Assembly (NCBI GenBank): GCA_047495785.1
Contig: JBLDXI010000029.1
Span: 2,480,001 to 2,544,000, forward strand
Reading direction: 5' to 3'
Source: Lepidodermella squamata
Taxonomy: Eukaryota > Animalia > Gastrotricha
Length of the DNA: 64,000 nucleotides
Shown: positions 1 to 8,237 of the stretch, one piece after another
How positions within the stretch are numbered: the first letter of the stretch is position 1
Layout of the letters: the number at the start of each line of letters is the position of its first letter
Program-made: the position numbers and the translations under genes
The notes under the pieces: model-generated
What the model was told of the DNA's origin: nothing
The model's database searches: none
What the model saw: the letters and a program-made list of their open reading frames with translations, nothing else

Positions 1-554
1 CGGCCAAGTTGCAGCACAACAAAGTTCATTTTGCATTCCTGCGTATCAAATGGGAATGCTTCGAGTTTTAGGTCGCAAACAGATTTAAAGACGCCGGTAA
101 ACGTGTAGTCAAACTCAACATTCGGAGAAAATTTCAAGGACAGTACAGATAGCTGACCACCAAAATTTGTCATAGCGGCATCCTCGAAGGAGTTGGAATG
201 TTCGATAAGCGGCCGCCAGAACAAGTCGACGTTTGAAAAGAATGTTATACTTCGATTCGCAAAATGTTGACATGGTGTAGCCCAAGATACTTTCAGCTGG
301 GCTGCGATTTCGAAACTTTCTGAAACATCGTCAACGTCGTGGAAAGCTTGAACAATCATTTCTATGCCAACAAGGGTGACATTGCAATTATCATGTTCAA
401 TGAACGACTCGCAAAGCGGCGAATAGCGCTGCGCACTAAGATCGGGGCATTTCGTTATCATTTCGACAGTGAGCGGTTCACGAAGCTCGACTTCACTTTT
501 TTGAGCCTGCAGCAGGATGAAGTTGAGTGTTAGAAGTGGAAAAATTACAAGCAT
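1..554 (-). CDS. Cys-loop ligand-gated ion channel subunit, N-terminal part (runs off the window start)
   Basis: Manual translation from ATG at 554 (not in ORF track): signal peptide MLVIFPLLTLNFILLQA, loop-A-like FWRPLIEHSN, Cys-loop CDLKLEAFPFDTQEC (C-x13-C with FPFD). Open to position 1. Confidence 0.9.
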   Translation of the reverse strand, partial: MLVIFPLLTLNFILLQAQKSEVELREPLTVEMITKCPDLSAQRYSPLCESFIEHDNCNVTLVGIEMIVQAFHDVDDVSESFEIAAQLKVSWATPCQHFANRSITFFSNVDLFWRPLIEHSNSFEDAAMTNFGGQLSVLSLKFSPNVEFDYTFTGVFKSVCDLKLEAFPFDTQECKMNFVVLQLG

Positions 555-813
555 TTTCTTTTCGATAATATTCTCGTTTGAGATTGTGTCATCTGCGCAT
601 TTGGATGTGTGGCATTGGCCAATTAAATCAGAAGAGCGAAAAGAGTACTTATTTACATATCATAAAATTTATGGTTTGAAATATACCTCCCCTAAAGTAA
701 ACTATGTCAGCAACATTTTCTGCAGTCTTAGAGCCTCGGGGAATCAATGCGCATTTTTGTAAATCTTCCAGAAGATTACAAGAATAGTTGGCAAATCAAA
801 GCATTCAATGTGA

Positions 814-945
814 AAGAATCGGATCTAAATACCGCCGATCTATCTGAAGAATCGGATCTAAATACCGCCGATCTATCTGAAGAATCGGATCTAAATACCG
901 CCGATCTATCTGAAGAATCGGTTCTGATACCACAGACGATCTCAT
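814..945. repeat. 33-bp tandem repeat, 3 exact copies plus 1 degenerate
   Basis: Unit aagaatcggatctaaataccgccgatctatctg repeated from 814. Confidence 0.95.
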
Positions 946-2762
946 GAGAATGTTTAATTAATTATGCCGGTTTTGCCGCATACGGAATCAGCCCTTTAAA
1001 TCCTGGTTACATTACTGAGGAATTCTTCGTAGCTTCCGATCACCTCCCTGCGGTGCCATGATTCAGACATTGTGTGACAATTGTTTAGGCGGAAATAACG
1101 TCGGCTGTCCTGTAGCTATCCACCGAACTAGTGCCCAGTTTATAGTACATTAGTTTGGATTTACTATTGAAAAATTGTGCATGACTTTCGATTCTTCTTG
1201 CAATTCTCAATGACGGAAAGCACTGGGACGTAGGAGGGGGAGACTTCATTAAAACTGCTCGTCTTTATTTGCCCAGGAAGTGTGTACAATTAAAATTGCA
1301 ATCAACAGCTACTTTGACATTCGAACACTTTGAAATAGGCTCCATTCGCACACTCCTATTTGTCTAAAGGCCGCAATTGGCGGAGACAGAACGAATACAG
1401 ATTTGATTTGCTAACAGCAATGCTATGGGTATTGGTCGTTCTCATAATCAGCCTTTCAAGAAGCCTAAAAAGTGGCGCGCTGATTCGAGAGCCTCTAAAT
1501 AATATTATAAAATAATATTCAAAAGTACCTTGCCGTTCGAGTACCTAATTTTCAAAAATTCAGTTAGATATTATTTAAATGGCCTCGTCCTTGGTACCGT
1601 TGGAAGGCTGGCTATTCCAGTACCTAAAATCGCCAACTGAATTGTTGAAAGTAACGTCACCTGCAAACTTGAGGGATGAAAGGTTTTTGATCATAGCAAA
1701 ATGCAGAAATAAGTACGAGTATTAAGGAGGATTTTCATTCTTTCAATAAATCAATCAACCGCAAGCATTCGAAATTTGTGACCCAGATAATTGTTACGAA
1801 TCGATATACCCAACGAGATGCGTTTAAGGACGCCGGATTGTACAGCGCACTTAAAACGAAATTAAAACGCCGCGATGATGATTAGCGAACTGGAAGTAAT
1901 ACTGCCCCGTTATGATGAAAAGGATACATCATCAGATCATTTCATTTCAAATGTCGATTTGTAATTTTGTAGCGTAATATCACATTTAGCCTGCTCAGAT
2001 CCTATATCATCATCGTGGGTCAAACATTGCGCGCGCGCGCGCGTCACCCGTGCGCTGGCCTTTTGGCGCAAAGCGCTAAATAATTTAGCGCGCAACATCT
2101 GGCGAGCGCAGTTCGAAATTATTATTATTATTGCCATCATCGACAAGGCACAAAGACATGAGCCGCGCGATAATCATACCCAGCTAATACTGTGGATGTT
2201 ATACACATCTTTGGATGCACATTTTACTGTAAAAACTATCATCACAGCAGTAGTGTTACACAATTGCGGTCGCGCCCCCAGGGGAAAAGCAACGAGCCAG
2301 CAGTTCAGGAAGTAGTCGCAAGTTTGGCCACCAAATGCGCGCTTTCTTATAAAGTGTTTCATATACTACTATACTACACATAATACACACACAACATGCG
2401 CGGAAACTAGAGCGCGGCTCTTGATGCCGGGCTGAGCGCGCAAAGTATATAAACACTGTGATGATGCGCATTATTTCGTTTTGCTTGTGTTTACCTTGAA
2501 CAGCGCCCCTGTTTACTGCTACTGCGAAGCATCAGCGCCATTAGCACTTGTTAAGCCGGCGACCCTGGCAACACCTAGCAAGCAACCGGACAACCTTAAT
2601 CTCAATAAACAAATAAATGTTATTGCGCAAAATCTGCCAAATATTATTACACGCGCAGATTTTATCTTTCACACCCGACTGATAAAACTTTTTTTCCCCG
2701 CCTTTTACCCTTCTTCCACTCAAATAATATATACGTGTATATATTGCAAATAGCGGCGAACT

Positions 2763-3357
2763 ATGCTAGCTTCGATTAACGTGTTATTGATAATCTTCAT
2801 CTGGCAGCTGTTGTCCGGATTCATCATCGTCGAATGCAAGCCGCTTGTCACAAAAAATCCGGCCGGTAGTACCAGTACTGGAACCGATGATGACCGGAGG
2901 TCGGCAGAGGCTGCTACGCTGTCGATCGGGGACATTGAAACTACGGAAATGCCGACCATTTTCACGTATACCGACCGGCCCGTTATTTTGAGTAGCCAAA
3001 AATCTGGCGTGACTCATGCGACACCTGCCGCTCAAATTACAACGTCCCTAAATTCGAACTCATCCGGAACGAAAAAAGTCTCAGACCCAGAATGGCTCGA
3101 GGTTAGTTGACGAATTTAAATATTATTATTTTCACCGATTTTCGTGATTTTTCTACCAGGCACCCGGCCGGCCGTATACGACTGGTGACTACCGCGCTGA
3201 GATGACTGAAGTTGCGTCGATTTTCAGGAAGACCGAGGAGACGCTGCAATTAACTGGCCATGGCTATACTATGTTCATGCTTAAACAGGCTTGCATATTT
3301 TCGAACAAATTCAGCAGAAATTGCCCGAACATTTGTCTATATCATGGCTTGTGCTGA
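2763..3357 (+). CDS. Secreted Ser/Thr-rich protein with C-terminal 4-Cys motif (exons 2763-3101, 3160-3357; ~178 aa)
   Basis: Signal peptide; 58-nt phase-0 intron GTTAGT...CTACCAG; exon 2 open to TGA, ending ACIFSNKFSRNCPNICLYHGLC; downstream AATAAA ~3463. Confidence 0.7.
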
Positions 3358-3671
3358 TATTAAGTGCGGTTTTATCGAACATTTTCAGTCAGCGTCTATG
3401 CGCAATGATATAATTTGGCTTGCGGGTATTTCAGACTCGGAAAGTGCATTAATTTTCGCATAATAAAATAACTTTAAAAAATTTGGCCTGTGATGTCGTT
3501 CCGATGAACCAAATTTACAGATAGCTGCAGAAATCGGTCATTGAAAATTGAGAACAAATAATTTGATCATTTTTATCAAGAGATCTTCCGGCTGTGTTTT
3601 CGCAATTAGTAGAAATAAACTGCGTAGCGAAGCTGCGGTTCAAATTTTAATTATTAGGTTCGTCAAGACGC

Positions 3672-3678
3672 TATAAAA
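3672..3678 (+). promoter_or_regulatory. TATA box of basic secreted protein copy 1
   Basis: TATAAAA ~90 nt upstream of ATG 3765; TATA-like elements also lie upstream of copies 2 and 3. Confidence 0.6.
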
Positions 3679-3764
3679 GGCTATGGGATGTTTTGATAAT
3701 TCATCAAGCTTAGTTGCAAGCCTGCTTTGATATTTCGCTCCTTTTCTCAATTCAAACCAAAAGG

Positions 3765-4355
3765 ATGCGCGCTGTTTTCGCTTTGGCTGCTGTCGTTCTT
3801 TTGGCTCTCGGTAAATCTTTGAAGACATCGTCAGGTCCAATAATCTTACTCGTTTTCTTACTTACAGCTTTCTCCGAAGCCGAGGCTGGCCGTGGTAACA
3901 AGGGCAAAAGTGTCTCGAAGAGCGTCTCTATCAGCGTGTCGTACAACAGGCAGCCGAAGAAGCACGCGATGAAGAAGCGCCCGGCCAAGAAGGCCTTCGT
4001 CGCTGGGCGCAAGCACCGCCGTGCCTCGTTCTCCAAGTCCGTGTCCGCGTCGGTGTCGGCCCGCACGAACAAGCACACCCGCAAGGTCTCCACCAAGAAG
4101 TTCATGCGCGTGCACAAGCGCGGATCCATGTCCGGCTCGTACTCGCGCTCGGGCTCCTTGGGCGGCTACAACAAGAAGGGTGGCAACAAGCGCCACGGTG
4201 GCAAGAAGTTCGGTGGCAAGAAGTTTGGTGGCAAGAAGCACGGTGGCAAGCACGGCAAGAAAGGCCGCAAGGGCAGCAAGAGCGGCAGCTACTCGGCCTC
4301 CAACAACTTCTCCTACTCGGTTGCCGTCGAAACCGGTGCTGCTCCCTCCAAATGA
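3765..4355 (+). CDS. Secreted Lys/Gly/His-rich protein with (Ser-X)n blocks, copy 1 (exons 3765-3810, 3868-4355)
   Basis: 57-nt intron at the same position in all three copies; spliced signal peptide MRAVFALAAVVLLALAFSEAEA; strong C/G third-position bias. Confidence 0.9.
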   Translation: MRAVFALAAVVLLALGKSLKTSSGPIILLVFLLTAFSEAEAGRGNKGKSVSKSVSISVSYNRQPKKHAMKKRPAKKAFVAGRKHRRASFSKSVSASVSARTNKHTRKVSTKKFMRVHKRGSMSGSYSRSGSLGGYNKKGGNKRHGGKKFGGKKFGGKKHGGKHGKKGRKGSKSGSYSASNNFSYSVAVETGAAPSK

Positions 4356-4705
4356 AAACTCTTTGAGTCAAAGCCATTGAACTTCGGTTTCCTTCAATGA
4401 TAATTTATTTCAAAATCTAAAATTGAAAGTAAAGTTGTAACGCTGATCTTGAGTGCAAGTCTCTATTTGGAATTAGTCTGTTCGTTACCGGCAACGAAAA
4501 GGAAGTCAATTTGTCATCCCTTGAACCTAGCGCCAGAAAGAATTGATTTAATATGGAGCGCCACTCGAAATCCTGAAAAAGCGTTGAAATCGATTAAAGG
4601 TTCTTTTGCCTCAAAAGGTATTTTAGTCGCGTGCGATCTAAAAGCACGAGCCGATATGGGCCTGTGTTTTGAACCTTAATCGCGTGGCGTTATAGACGAT
4701 GGGGC

Positions 4706-4711
4706 TATAAA
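4706..4711 (+). promoter_or_regulatory. TATA box of sHSP copy 1
   Basis: ggggcTATAAA, conserved in copy 2 (~18495). Confidence 0.65.
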
Positions 4712-4822
4712 TTTCGATTTATTTTCTCGTTAAAAATCATCACCTGCTTTTGCAATTTAAAGCTCATAGCAATCTTCTCGCTTTCATTTTCGTTCGTGTT
4801 TTGATCTTCTTCAAACTCTAAA

Positions 4823-6139
4823 ATGGCCTGCTCATACACCTCGATCCCCTCGACCTTCGCCGCTGGCTACACCAGCCCGATGAACGTCGAGAGCCTGCTC
4901 CGCAACAAGGTCGACATCTACTCACCGTCGTCTGTTGAGCGCAGCCTCATCAACGCCGCCGTCCCGACCCCGTTCGCCGCTGCCGCCGGCATCCACAACG
5001 TCAACGCCTTCGCCTCGTCCCCGATCGCCTACAACACCTTCGCCTCGCCGATCGAGTGCGGAGCCGAGACCGGCCGCGTCTTCGGTGCCGAGTGCGGTGC
5101 CCAGCTGGCCGCCATCGTCGCCGCCCGCCTCAACACCTTCGTCGGCCAGGAGGTGGCCGTCCGCATCGGCGCCCAGTGGGGAGCCGAGATGTGCGCCAAG
5201 CTGGGTGCCGAGCTCGCCGTCAAGCTCGTCAACGGCTGGCCGGTCGAGCAGTGCGCCCGCTGGTGCTACACTTTCGGAGCCGAGCACGGCGCCGAACTGG
5301 GTGCCATCATCGCCCAGCGCCTGGGTGCCATCTACACCGCCGAGTTCGCCGCCCGCATCGGCGCCGAGCTCTTCGCCGACGTCTGCGCCAAGCAGTGCTA
5401 CGTCATCGCCGCCCGCGTCGCCGAGTCGCGCTTCGGTGCCTCCAACAACTGGAACGCCGCCGCCCGCCTCTCCAACAACTGGACCGGCTCGTTCGAGCGC
5501 TTCGGTGGCATCAACTACCCGACCACCTTCGGCGCCAACACCTGGTCGAACACCCTGTCGGCTGACAACAAGCTGTACAACATCGCCTTCCGCCCGTCCT
5601 CCGAGGTCGAGCTCTACACCCTGACCCACCCGATCCGCATGATCGACGTCGAGGGCAACCGCCAGCTGTACCTGTGCTTCGAGCTCAAGGGCTTCAAGCC
5701 TGAGGAAGTCACCGTCACCCTGAACAAGGCCGAGCGCGCCGTCGTCGTCGAGGCTGCCCACGAGGCCAAGGACGGCAAGGAGCACACCGTCGCCCGCAAG
5801 TACTCGCGCAAGTTCGTCCTGCCCGAGGTTAGTAAATCACTGAACCATCAGTCATCACCTATTTAAATGTTAATTTCATCTGTCTAGACCCTTGCCAAGA
5901 TCGACCTGACCAAGGTTGAGCTCAAGTCGTGCCTGACCCAGGAGGGCCACCTCGTCGTCGAGTGCCAGCTGCCGAAGATGACCACCGAGGAGATCGCCAA
6001 GTGCCCGACCATGTCCGAGCTGTACAACAAGCTGCCCGCCTTCGGAGGCTTCAACGCCGCCGTCCAGGCCTTCGGCGGCATCAACGCCATCAACCGCCGT
6101 ACCTGCGATGTCAAGCCCGTCACCGTCAAGACCGCCTAA
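4823..6139 (+). CDS. Large small heat-shock (alpha-crystallin domain) protein, copy 1 (exons 4823-5827, 5888-6139; 418 aa)
   Basis: ACD motifs FELKGFKPEEVTV, YSRKFVLPE|TLAKID..., KSCLTQEGHLVVE; C-terminal IXI/V-like PVTVK; 60-nt GT-AG intron. Confidence 0.92.
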
Positions 6140-7112
6140 ATGAAAGCCGAATACCATAGCCAAAGAGAAGATGAGCAATAATGCGCAATGTTGAAGAACT
6201 TTGCTTGAGAAAAATTGTGATACCATTCGATGTGATACTCTTGTGTTTCTCAGTTTTCCTCGACAGTAAAACAAGAGATGTTGCGTAAAAATGGTCCGAT
6301 TCCTACTTTATAGCAAAAAATGAGCGAAATCGACAAGGACGAGGTTCGCCTCCACGCTATGAGCCATTTTTTGCACAATCAATACATTTTCCTATGCAAA
6401 TAATCTATCTGGTTGCTGGATGCGAGACCGCAGAAGGCCTTTCAACAAAATGTTGCTACTTTAATTTCAAGATCATACTTCTTGGGATCATTTCTTTATT
6501 TAGATTTGCCCCAACGTCAGCCTCATCTGACGACAAACCCAAACCGCGATGACGAGACGTGGTGACTGGCCCTGAGCGCGAACTTGGCCGCGCGAGCCCG
6601 GCGACCTTTCCAGGGTGGCTGGTCTCGAGGTGGCCGTTGATGAACGTTCCGGCCTGGTGGCTCTTTAATTAGGGCCACTTCCGGAGGGGTCAGTCGCTTT
6701 CAGAGCGGCTTTTCTAATGAAAAACAAAACAGGAACGGAACTACTTTGTGTGAAATTATTTCGCAGCATCATCTTTAAGAACTCATTTTTAGAAGGTTTC
6801 AATTAGATCTAGCGAAAATAGGGCAACACTTTATCTAGAATATCATGAAATAGGCAAATGTCTGCCATATCACAAAGTTATATATAACCACGATGGCATC
6901 CGCGAATTCGTCCAGTCGCCGGCGAAAGTCTCTCCGATTGTATATTGACCGACAGCATGAGCCCGAATTCAGTTGCACGAGTGTATAATGGCCGAATGAT
7001 TTCGCCCGTAAACATAATTGCCCGAATTAGACAATAGAATTTCGAAGGAACTTCTGCCCGAATGAATACGATAATTTCGAGAGAAAATCAGGTAAAAAGA
7101 CGTATTATCGGT

Positions 7113-7279
7113 CAAGGGTTTATCTAGTCTTTTCGAATTGGGGGTGGGTAGTCGTAAAATGGGGTAAAAATGGACCTCAAAAGCTCAAACATAGCCAAAA
7201 AAGCTCGAAATTTGGGGGTGGGTAGCCAAAGTTTGGGGGTGGGTTGGGGCTGGGTCGAGGGTGGCTAGATAAACCCTTG
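7113..7279. mobile_element. 167-bp MITE, hAT- or P-type
   Basis: Perfect 15-bp TIR caagggtttatctag/ctagataaacccttg; 8-bp TSD ttatcggt (7105-7112, 7280-7287). Confidence 0.9.
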
Positions 7280-7325
7280 TTATCGGTATTACATCTGCCG
7301 GCTACCGGCCGTTTCGCGGGTTTCT

Positions 7326-7347
7326 GGTTCAAATCCTATTGGTAGCG
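7326..7347 (+). pseudogene. 3' remnant of a tRNA-Ser
   Basis: ggttcaaatcctattggtagcg matches the 3' end of the tRNA-Ser at 24410-24491 at 20/22 positions; no 5' half visible. Confidence 0.55.
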
Positions 7348-7422
7348 ATTTCTTTTGCGACTACGTCAAAAGGATTAAAGAGTGTCATTATTGACATTAA
7401 TTGGGCTTTAATGTTCGTGCAA

Positions 7423-7494
7423 GGTCCCATGGTGTAGCGGTTAGCACTCTGGACTCTGAATCCAGCGACTCGAGTTCAAATCTCGATGGGACCT
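7423..7494 (+). tRNA. tRNA-Gln (CTG)
   Basis: 72-nt cloverleaf ggtcccatggtgtagcgg...ctggaCTCTGAAtccag...gttcaaatc...gggacct; T-run terminator follows. Confidence 0.97.
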
Positions 7495-7638
7495 CAATTT
7501 TGCAAAAATTTTCATTCTGTTTTTAAGAAACCAAAATTTTTCTTTTTAAATTCGAACTTCGAATATGCTAATGAGACTAAAATTATTTTTATTCCAGCAT
7601 CTATTCCATTGAAAAAGCATAGTTACAACGGTAGTTTT

Positions 7639-7655
7639 GTCAATCTTCGGATTGG

Positions 7656-7694
<39 letters not shown>

Positions 7695-7744
7695 GGCCCC
7701 TGCGCAAGGATGACACGCAAAATCGTGAAGCGTTCCATATTTTT
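7639..7744 (+). ncRNA. U6: U6 spliceosomal snRNA
   Basis: 5' UUCG hairpin, ACAGAGA box, ATTAGCATGGCCCCTGCGCAAGGATGACACGCAAA, oligo-T end. Confidence 0.98.
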
Positions 7745-8237
7745 GGTGCGGAAACTACAAAATATACTTGGTAGGCGAACATACGTACAATTGGTGAACG
7801 TGCTTTCCTCTAGCCGTACAGGTGAACGAACACTCGTTTTATTGAACTTTTTCAGCGAAACGTGCTTTCGCCTAGGTTTCCGCTAAATCATGATCGTAGG
7901 TGACAAGCGGGGAAAATGCGCAAATTAGGGGAGATGACGCGTAGGTGAACACACGTTTCACTGGAAAGCAAAAACACGCGATTAAACCAAAAGCTACGCC
8001 CATGCTACGCCCATGCTACGCCATAGACATAATATCAGTATCAGGGGCCCGTGTACCAGGAAAGGGCTCAAATGCGTCACCAACTTCCAGCTGGCGATTG
8101 TTTTTAAATTAGTCCTTTACTGGTAGTCATGGACTCAATCAAGGCATCTAGCACAGGAGAAATAATACGATTGATGAATCATAGACTCATTTTAATACTA
8201 AATAGAAAACATTCAGGTATCATTTCGGCGGTAAAAT

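Larger units (their letters stand above)
4595..6716 (+). repeat. ~2.1-kb segmental duplication, copy A (copy B ~18383-20496)
   Basis: Near-identical promoter, sHSP gene, 60-nt intron and ~570 nt of downstream sequence. Confidence 0.95.

Noticed and set aside
747-947. ORF with ESDLNTADLSE repeats; possible CRISPR-like array
   Set aside because: Head-to-tail 33-bp minisatellite with no spacers and no coding support
3714-4355. 213-aa unspliced ORF for basic-protein copy 1
   Set aside because: The 57-nt intron is merely in-frame and stop-free here; the same intron in copy 2 contains a stop, so the spliced model is preferred
4922-5785. Long antisense and alternate-frame ORFs over the sHSP and basic-protein genes (also near 12.5-13.1 and 18.6-21.4 kb)
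   Set aside because: Expected shadow of extreme C/G third-position bias, which removes stops from other frames; no independent features
7140-7265. Telomere-like G-rich sequence
   Set aside because: Irregular G-runs inside a MITE with no fixed repeat unit
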